Origin: Myxococcota bacterium
GTDB lineage: Bacteria > Myxococcota_A > SURF-8
Assembly: GCA_963674735.2 (NCBI GenBank)
Contig: CAXXQS010000002.1
Span: forward strand, 480,001 to 544,000
Length of the DNA stretch: 64,000 nt
Direction: 5' to 3'
Shown: piece after piece, positions 1 through 10,600 of the stretch
Numbering within the stretch: the stretch's first letter is position 1
Layout of the letters: the number at the start of each line of letters is the position of its first letter
The notes under the pieces: generated by a model
What the model was told of the DNA's origin: nothing
The model's input: only the letters and a program-made list of their open reading frames with translations
Database searches by the model: none
Made by a program: the position numbers and the translations under genes

Positions 1-226
1 TAAACTTGACACCCGCCAGGTTGATCTTCTCGACCGAGACCAGATAGTGAACGAACGTCAGCACTTCCACATCTTTTTGTGAATATAAACGGCGGTTTCC
101 GTCGGAGCGCGCCGGACGGATAATGCCCCTCGATTCATAGATGCGAAGCTGTTTCTGAGAAATTCCGATGATATCGGCAACAACACCGATGGGAAACATC
201 CGGCGCTTTGGATCCGAAATACGCAT
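1..226 (-). CDS. MerR-family (HspR-like) HTH transcriptional regulator, N-terminal part; runs off the window edge
   Basis: Not in the ORF track. Manual translation from ATG 226: MRISDPKRRMFPIGVVADIIGISQKQLRIYESRGIIRPARSDGNRRLYSQKDVEVL, which fits the MerR HTH pattern (LRxYExxGlixPxRxxgnxRxY). GAGGA RBS at 234-238. Confidence 0.85.
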   Translation of the reverse strand, partial: MRISDPKRRMFPIGVVADIIGISQKQLRIYESRGIIRPARSDGNRRLYSQKDVEVLTFVHYLVSVEKINLAGVKF

Positions 227-289
227 GGAACCGTCCTCGTCTATATCTATCCCACACCTGGGTAGGTAACTTGCATTCCAATCGGGTAT

Positions 290-320
290 ATGATATACCT
301 GAATTGCAAGTAGAAGTCAA
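290..320 (-). promoter_or_regulatory. Putative sigma70 promoter with 19 bp spacer (MerR-type geometry)
   Basis: Minus strand TTGACT (320-315), 19 nt, TATCAT (295-290), embedded in dyads ACTTGCA/TGCAAGT and GGTATA/TATACC. Confidence 0.45.
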
Positions 321-360
321 GTTCGTGTATGCGGGCTGAAACTCCAAACCGACCGATGGA

Positions 361-990
361 ATGATGTCTTGTAAGATAGTGATCAGCTTGTTGTTATTGC
401 TTGGTTTTATCCATATTTTCCCCTCGGCTGCCTACCCCTTGGATCTGGCTGAAAGCGACGACGACACAACCGCCGCTCACCCGGCCGAAGCCTGTCAGGC
501 TCTGTTCATTCCCAGCGGCGAAAACCGCCGCGAAGCGCAAGCCCATCAGAAGAAACTGCTCCGCATCAAGGATACCCGCAAAATCGTCACCCTCATCCAT
601 CGCTCCAATGCCTGGACGAAACCGCCGGTACATGCCCACACGGAGTCGCTGTCCGTGGTGGATATCGCGACCAACGCCGACGGACGACATGTGGCCTTGA
701 TCGAAGTGCCGGAAGATCTGGCCGAAAAAGTCGACTGCGAGCCGGGACTGTATCGCATCGACCGCAACGACGAGCTGCTTCCCGGCACGGATGTGCTGGC
801 GATTAGCGAAGATTTCATCCTGATCGACCATAACGGACAACTCGCCTACCTTACCCCGGGCGGGCCACGGCACGTCACGTTTCGCATGGTATGGCAATCG
901 CCTTGGAGCGTGAAACGGGAAACCGCGACAAGCCAGTCCTCCAGCCGGAAAAAGAAGCGCCGAGGACGCCGCCGGGGACGCCGTCGCTGA
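361..990 (+). CDS. Secreted hypothetical protein with Arg/Lys-rich C-terminal tail
   Basis: Hydrophobic N-terminal signal peptide; ends RKKKRRGRRRGRRR. Confidence 0.6.
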   Translation: MMSCKIVISLLLLLGFIHIFPSAAYPLDLAESDDDTTAAHPAEACQALFIPSGENRREAQAHQKKLLRIKDTRKIVTLIHRSNAWTKPPVHAHTESLSVVDIATNADGRHVALIEVPEDLAEKVDCEPGLYRIDRNDELLPGTDVLAISEDFILIDHNGQLAYLTPGGPRHVTFRMVWQSPWSVKRETATSQSSSRKKKRRGRRRGRRR

Positions 991-1218
991 CTTCGGAATA
1001 TGTCGTCCCGCTTTTCCCATTCTCCCTTTCCTAATCGGCCGCGTTTTCTGTATTGACCTGAGCCACTCTCGTTTGACATCCGTGTTATTTATTGCCACAC
1101 TACCAAGCGGGCCGGGCGTTTTGGCCATCAGTCGAAACCGAGATCAGGAACATGGGGTGCGGGGGTGCGCCACAGGTCGCACGTCGGAACCTTTGGGCCG
1201 CAAACACCGAATGACGGG

Positions 1219-3210
1219 ATGGCACAGGTGGCGACAAGCCGCAGGACAATCAGGCGACGGAAAACCGGAGGATCGCGGCGCATTCTTCCGGCTTGGTGTG
1301 CCCTGCTCGCCGGGCTGTTGCTGCTGCTCAACACCGGTTGCGCCTCGAAAAAAGCGACACCCGACGATGCGTTGCGGCGGCCGCTCATCAAGGAAATCGA
1401 ATTCGAGGGAATGAGCGTCTTCGAAAAAGACGAAATCCTCGCCTATGTCTACATGGACGAAACGTCCTGGCTCCACGGCATCGGCCTGGCCGATCCGCAC
1501 ACCTACTCCAAATCGTTTGCAGTCGAGGACGCGGGCCGCATCGAAAGCCTGTACGCGGCTCATGGCTATTACGATGCGCGTGTAACCGACATCCGCAGCG
1601 AGCCGCTAAACGAGGCGGGGGATAAGGTGCGCGTGATCGTGCAGATCAAGGAAGGCCCGCCTACCCGTTTGCGCACCATCAGCTTCGACTGGAGCGAGCC
1701 CCATCCCGACCGCGTCGCCATCGAAAAGCAGGCCGTCGTCAAGCCGGATGCGGTGTTCAGCATTCCCGATCTCGATGCCGGCACCGACGCGCTGCGTCTG
1801 GAATTGGAGCGGCGCGGACACGCTTTCGCCCAGGTGACGAGCTCGGCCGAAGTGAATCGCGAGGCGCGCTGGAGCGATGTCCGTTTCGCGATTGCGCCGG
1901 GACCGCTGTGCACGATCGGGTCGATCCGATACGAGGGACTCGCGACCGTCCCCGGCCGTCTGCTCGATCCCAATATCGATTTCGCTCCCGGCCAGCGCTA
2001 TTCACCCGAACTACTAGCGCGTATCGAACGCGCGATATACGCCATGGAGGTATTCGATACGGTGGCGGTGCTGCCGGACGAAAATCTGAATGAAAAAGGC
2101 AAACTCGACCTTGTCATACGGGTGAGGGAAGGTCAGCCCCAGCGATTCAAGGTGGGGGTCGGTTTGGGAGTCGAACCCAATCGCTGGGACGGTCACGTCA
2201 GCCTGCAATACACCCATATGAACGTGGCACAGGAACTCATCCGCTTCGACCTGCTCACGCGGGTCGGTTATGCACTGCTCCCCTACCCCTGGGACGTGCA
2301 GGAACACGGACCGATTCTGGAGGTGAATCCCTGGTTTAAAAAGAAGGGGTGGCTCGAACCCAAGCTGGTGTGGTCGTTGCAGCCGAGTTTCAAGCTCGAT
2401 ATCGAACAGGGTTACCAATATTACACGCCCGGCTTCCGGCTGGGCGTCTCGCGTTTTCTGTTCGGCTTCACCTTGGCGGAAGCGGCCTACAACGCCCAGT
2501 TCTTCGATTTCTTCAATCAGTCCGCCGTCTTCGACGCCAATAAATCGGTTTTGGGGCGCGATTACAAAGATCCGTACTTCCTGAGCTTTCTCGAATTTCG
2601 TTACTCCGTGTATTTCACCGATGCCTTCACCGATCCGAAAAACGGCGTGGTGCTCAGCGCCCGCTACGACATCTCGGGCTCGTGGCTGGGCAGCTACTAC
2701 GACTATATGAAGCTGATTCCCGAAATTCGCGCGTATTGGCAAACGTTCTCACACCTGCAAATCGCCGCCCGCCTGCAGACCGGCTGGCTGTTTAAATACG
2801 GCCAAAAACCCGGCACGCCCATCATGCACAAGTACTACCTGGGTGGATCGGACACGGTACGCGGCTGGGGACTCAAGCGCCTGTCACCGCGTATCGAGGA
2901 TTGCGACGCCGACGGCCATTGCCGCAGTATTCCGGTGGGGGGCGAAACCATGGCGTTGGGCAATTTCGAACTACGTTTCAAGGTGATTGAAAGCCTTTAC
3001 ATCGTCCCCTTCGTGGATGCGGGTGACGTACAGGACGGCGAGATGACCTACAAACCGACGCAGTGGAGCTACAGCACCGGTGGCGGCATGCGTTACGCCA
3101 GTCCCATCGGCAAGTTTCGTGTCGATTTCGGTTGGCGCTTGAATCAACCGGCCCGCTTTGCCGGAGAGCAGCGTTGGGCCATTCATCTGAGTTTCGGAGA
3201 AACCTTCTGA
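1219..3210 (+). CDS. tamA: Omp85/BamA-TamA family outer membrane protein (POTRA domains plus beta-barrel)
   Basis: Lipobox-like LNTGC, POTRA-like segments, YLGGSDTVRGW and SPIGKFRVDFG motifs, C-terminal Phe (FGETF); coupled to a TamB-like gene. Start codon uncertain. Confidence 0.8.
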   Translation: MAQVATSRRTIRRRKTGGSRRILPAWCALLAGLLLLLNTGCASKKATPDDALRRPLIKEIEFEGMSVFEKDEILAYVYMDETSWLHGIGLADPHTYSKSFAVEDAGRIESLYAAHGYYDARVTDIRSEPLNEAGDKVRVIVQIKEGPPTRLRTISFDWSEPHPDRVAIEKQAVVKPDAVFSIPDLDAGTDALRLELERRGHAFAQVTSSAEVNREARWSDVRFAIAPGPLCTIGSIRYEGLATVPGRLLDPNIDFAPGQRYSPELLARIERAIYAMEVFDTVAVLPDENLNEKGKLDLVIRVREGQPQRFKVGVGLGVEPNRWDGHVSLQYTHMNVAQELIRFDLLTRVGYALLPYPWDVQEHGPILEVNPWFKKKGWLEPKLVWSLQPSFKLDIEQGYQYYTPGFRLGVSRFLFGFTLAEAAYNAQFFDFFNQSAVFDANKSVLGRDYKDPYFLSFLEFRYSVYFTDAFTDPKNGVVLSARYDISGSWLGSYYDYMKLIPEIRAYWQTFSHLQIAARLQTGWLFKYGQKPGTPIMHKYYLGGSDTVRGWGLKRLSPRIEDCDADGHCRSIPVGGETMALGNFELRFKVIESLYIVPFVDAGDVQDGEMTYKPTQWSYSTGGGMRYASPIGKFRVDFGWRLNQPARFAGEQRWAIHLSFGETF

Positions 3211-6200
3211 TGACGGTCGATCCGCACAAACAAGCGGACACGCCGCCCGAGCCGCGTGACGAACCCGCGCCGCCTTCACCCCGGCATCGCTATTGGGGAC
3301 GCCTGCGCAGCGCCTTCCGCTGGCTGCGCATTTCCGTGTGGCTGCTTGTCTTCGTGCTGCTGACGTCTTGTGTGCTGTTGCTCATGACCGACAGCGGCCT
3401 GCGCCTGATCCTGCGTAAGGGCCTGCCGATCTACAACGACCTGATTCCCGGTGAAATCCATGTGGGAGCGGTGGACGGCAGCCTGTTCTTCGGTTTCGAT
3501 CTGCAAAACGTCACCGTGGCCGACCGACGGGGTCGCCTGCTGGTAGGGGTCCGGCGTCTGCGGCTGAACATCTCGCCGCTTCTGATCATCGATGGTCTGG
3601 TGGACATCCGCCTGTTGTCGCTGGTGGCCCCCGAACTGCATCTGCGCCAAGGCCCGCGAGGCAGCGCGTTTCTCGATCTGGCGCCCGAAAGCGACGGAAC
3701 ACCGCCCGAGCCCTCCCCGCCCGAACCACCCCCCGAACCCGACGCACCCCTGTTTACATTGCCCGTGGCGATACGCATCGAGGAACTGATGGTGGATGGT
3801 TTTCACCTGGTGCTTCATGCGGATGACGACGAGGAAAGCGAAGAAGAGACGGTCTTGGTGGAGCATGCCGGGCTGCGTCTGACCGCGCGCGGACGCGGGG
3901 CTGTCGTCGAAACGATCGTTCGCGATCTCTCCGCTGAAATCCCGGTTACCGGAATCAGTCTGCATCAGCTTGAACTGGAGGCGGCCTGGGAAGGGCGCGC
4001 CGCCTACCTGCGGCAGTTGGACGCGGAAACCTCGCTGGGAAACCTGCACCTGGTCGATACGCGTTTCGATCCCACAATCCTTGGGGGACGCGTCAACCTC
4101 ACCGCCCACAGCGCCGCCGCCGATCTGCATGAACTGACGGGCCGCCGCTTTGCCGGAGAAGCCACGCTTGAACTGCACGCCAAGGGCGACCCCGGCGATC
4201 TGGCGCTGACCTTGAAGGCGGCAGTGGGCGAAGCCCGACTCGATATGCAGGCGAAGGGCGCCTGGGAACCGCAACCCTGGGCCGAGTTGGATTACCGGTT
4301 GGCGGGTATCGATCCCAAGCGTTTCGGGCTTCCCAAGGCCGGACTCCTTGGCGGAGAAGGACACGCAAAACTTAAAGGCGTAACGCTGGAGACGCTCGCG
4401 GCTTCGCTGGCCTTTACCTGTCGTCGCTGTCGCCTCGACCCGGTCGGGGCGCTGGCGCTCTCCGTGAACGCCCGCCTGAAGGCGCGCAACGCGGATGCGG
4501 ATGTAAAACTGCAAACCGCCGGTGTGAACGTGACGGCCACGGGCGCGTTGCGCGAGTTCGAGGAGTTGACGGCGGAGCTGGGGATCGCCATTCCCGATCT
4601 CGGTCCCCTCGCGTCGGTCTTTCTGCCCCAACCCGTCGGCGGACGTCTGCAGGCCGCCGCAACCTGCGCGGGCCGCTGGCCCATGCCGTCCTGCACGCTC
4701 GACGCGCAACTCGGCAACGTAACGATCGAGGATGTTTCGCTGGCCGAGGCGGTTTTAACGGCGCGTTCCCGCCCACGGGCGAAGAGCCTGGAGTTCAACA
4801 GCCGCCTGGATCTGCGCAAGCTCAACGCCGGAGCGATCACCCTTGCCACCGCACGTGTCGACGCGACCGGCACGCCCACCGATATCGGCTTGCAAATCGA
4901 GGCGACGGCGGATGAGCGCAACCAGGGGAGTCTGGCTCTGCGCGTTCGTCCCGGCGCATCCTTGCGCATCGATCTGCGTGAAGGCCGGGGGCTGGTGGGT
5001 GGACACAACCTGCACCTCACCCGACCCGCCGCCGTCGAGATCGTCAAACGGCGCGTGCGGCTGCACGATTTCGAACTGGCCATCAACACGGGACGCCTGA
5101 CGGTCGAGGGGCTGTTCAACCCGGCGGGGACAAACGACCTGAAGCTGTCTGTGACCGGCTTCGAGCTGGCATGGCTCGCAGAATGGCTACCCGATCCCAA
5201 GCTGGCCGGGCGGCTCGACCTCGAAGCCGCGCTCACCGGAAGCGGGCAGGCCCCGAAACTGAGCGCCACCCTTAGCGGAACGGATTGGCGCGTGAACGAA
5301 CACCCGCTGGGCGACCCGATCTTGCAAGCCGGGTTGGACGGAAGGTACGCCGAGGCCGATCTGGCGGTGCACGATACCGTCGGTCCTTGGTTCGAAATGA
5401 ACGCCCGCGTTCCTTTTCAGCTCAATCTGCAAAGCGGAAAGGCCCGTTGGCGAAAACGGCAACCCCACGACCTGACCGCCACTCTCAGCCGCTTCAAATC
5501 GGAACGCTTGGCGGGGCTGGTGGAGCTGCCGCCAGAATTGTCCTTCGCCATCGACGGCGAGGCGCAGGCAAGCGGTCCGGCGGACGCACCCACGGCCACC
5601 GTCGTGCTGACGGGCGATCTGAACTACGACACCTTACCGCCCCAGCCGCTGGAAATCCGTATGGCGGCCGAAGCCAAGCGGCAACAACTGGATGTCGTTT
5701 TGGATGCCGCCGGACCGTTCCCGCTTCGTTTGCAGGCGGAAACGAGGCTCGATCTCGCGCGGCTGACGCAGGGAATCGGCGACCCCGGCCAAGCACCGCT
5801 CGCGCTGGACCTTCAGGCGGACGGCTTCGAGTTGGCCACCCTCAATCCGCTTTTGCCTGCCGCCTTGCAGGAGCTGAAGGGGCGTCTGTTCGCCGACTTC
5901 AATGTGACGGGCACCCTCGCCGCGCCCAAACCGGCCGGTCGCCTGCGCCTCGAAGGGGGGCGGGTCTACCTGTTGAACGTGGCCGATCCCCTGCGCGACA
6001 TCGAATTGTCGTTGGCGCTGGAGGGACGGCGTGTGACGCTCGAACACTTGAATGTAACCAGCGGCCGGGGCACGCTCACCTCACAAGGTACGCTGACGCT
6101 CGGAGCGGCGGGCGAGCTGGACGGCCGCTACGATGCGGAATTGAAAGACTTCCAGCTGCAAGCGCCCGGCCTGCCGCAAACCTTCATCGATACGCGTGTG

Positions 6201-7196
6201 TCGGTGAAAGTCGATGGCGACGACAAGCGCATCAAGGTGGATACGACGCTGGCCGGAACCACCGTGGATGTCTACACCAGCTTCACCAAGGCTCCCAAAC
6301 CCGTACCCAGCCACCCCGCTCTGGTGTTCGTCGATCAGCCGAAGGCCGCAGCCGACGGTCTCAACCTGCCCACCAACCGCGATTTTCTGGCAACGATCCG
6401 CCTGGCCGATCCGGCCATCATCAAAAGCGATTTCATGGATATGAGCTGGGGTGGGGCCGTATCGGCCGCCGTGTCGGATAAGGAAACGGTGCTGACGGGC
6501 GAATTGACGCTCGATCGCGGCGAATTCGAATTTCTCGGTAATCCCTTCAAGGTCGAGTCGGCCGCCGTGACGTTCCCCCCCGGTGCAGACAACGAACCCT
6601 TCCTCAACCTCCAAGCCGTGGCGGCGCTGACGGATGCGGAAGTGAATCTGGTCATGCGTGGTCGGGTTTCGCAGCCGGAAATGAAGCTGACCTCGAATCC
6701 GGCCATGCCGGAATACCAGATCTTCACCTTGCTGGTGACGGGCACCGTCGAGACCAACCAGGAAAGCCAGGATGAGGTGCAGGCCAAGGCGGCCAACCTG
6801 GGCGCGGGTCTGATCGCCTACCAGTATCCCCAGTTGCAGCAGCAGATCAAGCGCCGCACCGGCATCGACCGCGTCTCTCTCAGCTTCGGCGACACCGCCG
6901 AAGAACCCATCGTGACGGTGGGAAAACGCCTCAGCCGTCGCGTCTACATCCAAACCCAGTACCACCACAACTCGCCCGAGGACGTCAACCGCGCCACCGG
7001 CATGATGGAATTCCGGCTCGCCCCCCAGTGGACGCTCGAAACTTTTTACGGAGACCGCAACGTGGGTGGGGTCGATGTCTTCTGGCACCTGCGTTTTCGC
7101 AAACCGAGCCTCGACGGCGCGCCGCCGGATTCCGCCAGCCAAAGCTCGACCGACAACCCGGCGTCACCTACAGCACCTGATTCTGAAACACCGTAA
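3210..7196 (+). CDS. tamB: Translocation/assembly module TamB (AsmA-like, DUF490-type C-terminus)
   Basis: ATG overlaps the upstream stop (TGATG); N-terminal TM anchor, long beta-rich repeats, C-terminal VTVGKRLSRRVYI. Confidence 0.8.
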   Translation: MTVDPHKQADTPPEPRDEPAPPSPRHRYWGRLRSAFRWLRISVWLLVFVLLTSCVLLLMTDSGLRLILRKGLPIYNDLIPGEIHVGAVDGSLFFGFDLQNVTVADRRGRLLVGVRRLRLNISPLLIIDGLVDIRLLSLVAPELHLRQGPRGSAFLDLAPESDGTPPEPSPPEPPPEPDAPLFTLPVAIRIEELMVDGFHLVLHADDDEESEEETVLVEHAGLRLTARGRGAVVETIVRDLSAEIPVTGISLHQLELEAAWEGRAAYLRQLDAETSLGNLHLVDTRFDPTILGGRVNLTAHSAAADLHELTGRRFAGEATLELHAKGDPGDLALTLKAAVGEARLDMQAKGAWEPQPWAELDYRLAGIDPKRFGLPKAGLLGGEGHAKLKGVTLETLAASLAFTCRRCRLDPVGALALSVNARLKARNADADVKLQTAGVNVTATGALREFEELTAELGIAIPDLGPLASVFLPQPVGGRLQAAATCAGRWPMPSCTLDAQLGNVTIEDVSLAEAVLTARSRPRAKSLEFNSRLDLRKLNAGAITLATARVDATGTPTDIGLQIEATADERNQGSLALRVRPGASLRIDLREGRGLVGGHNLHLTRPAAVEIVKRRVRLHDFELAINTGRLTVEGLFNPAGTNDLKLSVTGFELAWLAEWLPDPKLAGRLDLEAALTGSGQAPKLSATLSGTDWRVNEHPLGDPILQAGLDGRYAEADLAVHDTVGPWFEMNARVPFQLNLQSGKARWRKRQPHDLTATLSRFKSERLAGLVELPPELSFAIDGEAQASGPADAPTATVVLTGDLNYDTLPPQPLEIRMAAEAKRQQLDVVLDAAGPFPLRLQAETRLDLARLTQGIGDPGQAPLALDLQADGFELATLNPLLPAALQELKGRLFADFNVTGTLAAPKPAGRLRLEGGRVYLLNVADPLRDIELSLALEGRRVTLEHLNVTSGRGTLTSQGTLTLGAAGELDGRYDAELKDFQLQAPGLPQTFIDTRVSVKVDGDDKRIKVDTTLAGTTVDVYTSFTKAPKPVPSHPALVFVDQPKAAADGLNLPTNRDFLATIRLADPAIIKSDFMDMSWGGAVSAAVSDKETVLTGELTLDRGEFEFLGNPFKVESAAVTFPPGADNEPFLNLQAVAALTDAEVNLVMRGRVSQPEMKLTSNPAMPEYQIFTLLVTGTVETNQESQDEVQAKAANLGAGLIAYQYPQLQQQIKRRTGIDRVSLSFGDTAEEPIVTVGKRLSRRVYIQTQYHHNSPEDVNRATGMMEFRLAPQWTLETFYGDRNVGGVDVFWHLRFRKPSLDGAPPDSASQSSTDNPASPTAPDSETP

Positions 7197-7668
7197 GGGG
7201 AATGCAACGCCGACCGGTCTGCGGGTCCGGCAGGAACCCTTCCTTGCACACACATATCGCGGCGTCACCGACCTTCGTGCAGCTGCCGTTGTCGGAGCAA
7301 TCGATGCCGGCGCACGGATCGGGACCGTTCTCGGTCGTCGGGGGTGCCGCCGAGCAGGTTGCCTCCCAAGTCAGGCTGCAATCCACGTATTCCGGTAACA
7401 GCGCATTCGGGGTATCCCGGCAGTCGCCGTGTGCCGTGGCGACCACCCGACCGGGAAAGCAGGCCGTCTGCGCGGCGACGGTGGCCCGGTCTTTGGCGGT
7501 GGCGCAACAGGCCGCTTGGGTGGGCGTCACCTCGACATTTGCCTGCCCCCGCTCGATGCGCGTCTCCGCCGCAGCGGGCGGCGAATCGCTTGGCGGGGCG
7601 CTTTCCTCTGCGTCTACGAAGGTGCTCGGAAAAACCGATAACAGCAGGATGAGGACAAAACGTTTCAT
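7168..7668 (-). CDS. Small secreted Cys-rich protein with C-terminal EGF-like module
   Basis: Signal peptide MKRFVLILLLSVF; CAGIDCSDNGSCTKVGDAAICVCKEGF...C has EGF-like spacing; start overlaps the stop of the upstream TPR gene. Confidence 0.7.
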   Translation of the reverse strand: MKRFVLILLLSVFPSTFVDAEESAPPSDSPPAAAETRIERGQANVEVTPTQAACCATAKDRATVAAQTACFPGRVVATAHGDCRDTPNALLPEYVDCSLTWEATCSAAPPTTENGPDPCAGIDCSDNGSCTKVGDAAICVCKEGFLPDPQTGRRCIPLTVFQNQVL

Positions 7669-10600
7669 GATTTCTCCCGATAGCGCAGAGGGTCGTAGCT
7701 GTCTCCCGGAGACGGTTTAACGGGGTCGTCGGGCTGGCGCTTGTGCGAGAGGCGCAGGGCGAGTTCCCGGGGTTTTTCGTCGGTAACGGAAAGGGTTTCA
7801 CTGGCCTCGAATTCGCCCAGCGTCGCACGCACCCGGTAGTCCCCCATGGGAAGATAGCAATTCACTTTTTCATTGAGGGCGGCGGTTAAAAAGAGGTCGG
7901 GCTTCTCGTCGATGGTAATGCTGGCGACACTGTCCTGAAAGCGGCGGGTGGAACCGAGGGTGACCACCTTGAACTCGACATAGGTCTCGCGTTGTTCGAA
8001 ATCCAGTTCCAGTCGGGTGTTCTGTCCGCTCTCGATGTCGATTTCCCGTTCCGATTCCTCCGTGCCGATCACGTCGCCGGTGGTGGGATGCTTGAGCGTG
8101 CCGGTGATATACAGTTTGTGGCGGCAAGGTTGCAGGCCGTTGAAACGGAAGCTCGGATTGCGCACGAGCACGGTGCGCAACCCGAATAATCGGAACAGGG
8201 CGTTGAAGCGATCCTTCATCGGACCGCTCCAGCGACCGGTAAAAAGGGAATCGTAACGCCAAACGAAACGGCTGTGCAGCGGAACCAGGCGCACGACGAA
8301 ATGACTTTCTTCCACTTTGTTGTAATAACGGATCGTGAGGCTGAGCGATCCGACCTGTTTGGCTTGCAGGCGGCGCTTGACCATCCGGATGACGAGCCCG
8401 AGCACGATCAGGGCCAGTACGCCCAGCACACCCAGGAAAAGCGGATTCATCCTGCGCAGTTGATCGAGGTTGGAGGTCAGCAGACCCTGCCGATGCATGA
8501 ACGCGTCTTTGGCTTTGAGATAACTTACGACATCCAAACGGTAGCGGCGTTCGCCAGTTTCCTCGTCGATGCTTTCCGACACGGAATACAGCAACGCACC
8601 GTCGAGACCGGCCTGCTGAACGGCGTTTCGGAAACGTTGCAGGTTGAAGGCCGTTCCGTTGGGAAATTGCACTGCCGTCGGCGGTTTCTTGAAATCGACC
8701 GCGTCGATGGCGGGAATCGTGTTTTCAGCCGGAAGCGCAGACGGAGCCTCGGCAAAATGACGGGTGACCGGTTCCGGGCCGGACAGGGCCGTCTGTTGAT
8801 TGGCCAATTTGCGCAACGCCTCGTTTAACGGCGATTCGTTACCCACGGCCAAGCGGGAGGGGCTGAAACCCGCCTCCAACATTTTCGGGGCCTCGCTCGT
8901 TTGCGGCAACGACGCCTGATCGAGGATCGTCATGTTTCCGTCTTTGGGCGGCAGCATGTCGCTCAACTCGCGCGGACCGCCCATCAGCGCCAATAGCTCG
9001 GGGAAGGTCTCGCCCGGCTGAAAATCGGTGATGGGACCGACATGCACGGTCCGGCCCGATTCCAGGCGTTGCGTCAACAGGCTCTGTACGATGGCATACA
9101 AACGCACATCGCGGCGGCGCAGGTCGGCCAGGCGCGTGTCTTGGGCGTTGAACAGGTTCGCCGAAATATCCGCCAGTAGCCACTCGGCCAAGACCTGCGG
9201 ATCGCCGGGGCATGCGCGGTCGAGCTTGGCCAACGACTTACGCAAATCCTGAGCGCGTCCGCACTCGCGCTCCATGCGCGCCAGATCGAGCAGCCTGTCC
9301 GTCGAATCCGCTGGGTTCGCTGGAGCCGCCGGAGCCGTTGGGTCCACCGCAGCATCCGGGCGCTCCCCTCCTTTCAAAAACGTGCTCAAACCCGCCTCGT
9401 ATTCCCCTTGACGCACCAACGACCAGGCCAGTCCGCGACGAGCGGCCGGATAATGGATGTCGCTGGCGGGGACACGAGCGAAAACCCGAGCCGCCTCTTT
9501 GTAATCGTTCAGGTAGAACAGAATCTTTCCGGCCATGAGCGCCACACGGGGCGACAAACCCGGATCGATGATGGCTTCGCGACAATAATAACCCGCCTCG
9601 TCGAGGTGACCTTCGAGGGTGGCGATACGCGCGCGCAGGCAGGAGATCCCGAAGCTGTCGCCGCCGACATGCCGGGCGATAACGGCTTTCATCAAGGGAA
9701 GCTGCGCCGGGGTGAGCCGGTCGAGTGCGATCCGGTCGAGCAGTTCGGGGGGACCGCCTGCGAGACGGGCACGCAGCAGGTATCCGGCGGCATTGGGATA
9801 ATCTTCCTGGGCCGTACAAACGCGGGCGGCGGCTTCATAGGCGTCGGAGACCTCAAGCAGGCTGCGCTCGGTCAGATACGCCTCGGCGAGTTGCCGATAA
9901 ACCCAGGGATCGGGGCTTTTTTGCTTGGCCGCTTGTTTGAGCTGCCGAAGGCGCGAGGCGGCGTGCAGCGGGTCGCGGTAGTAGAGCGCCCACAGACGAT
10001 GCGCCAACGCCGGATCGTGACGGGATTTCTCGAAGCGCAGAAGCCAGGGTTTGGCGGCCTTGATTTTTCCTTGCCGGATTTGCAAGGCGATCAAATGCCC
10101 CATCGCCGCCGCGTCCTTGCGCTTTTTTTTCAGCGCGCGCCGGTACAGCTTTTCCGCCTCGTCATCCGCTCCCTGCAAGTCGAGCAGCCGTGCGTCCAGG
10201 TGGGCGGCTCGGACCCGTTTGCCTTTCGTCGCCGTGGCGTCGATGAGCGCCGGAAGACGGTAGCGCGCCCAGCGAGAGAGCGGCACTCCCTGATCGCGCA
10301 GATCGAGCAAGGCATCCAAGGCTGGGATCGTTTTCCCGGCGCGCAACTCGGTAAAAGCACGGCCGAGCCGGGCCACCGAGCGATCGCCGAAATCGCGGTC
10401 GCCGTGAGTCGGCGGCGCAGGCAGTTCGTCCAGAACAAGCAGGTAATGGCTCAACTGCGTCGCCAACGAAGCCAGGCTGGGCGTGTGGGAGACGATGGAC
10501 AGGCGGTTGTCGCCGGTGGCCGCCGCGTACACACGCAGACTGGCACGCCAACCCGACGCCAGCCGTTTAAGGCGCACGAGTGCCAGCGTGCGGGTGTTGA

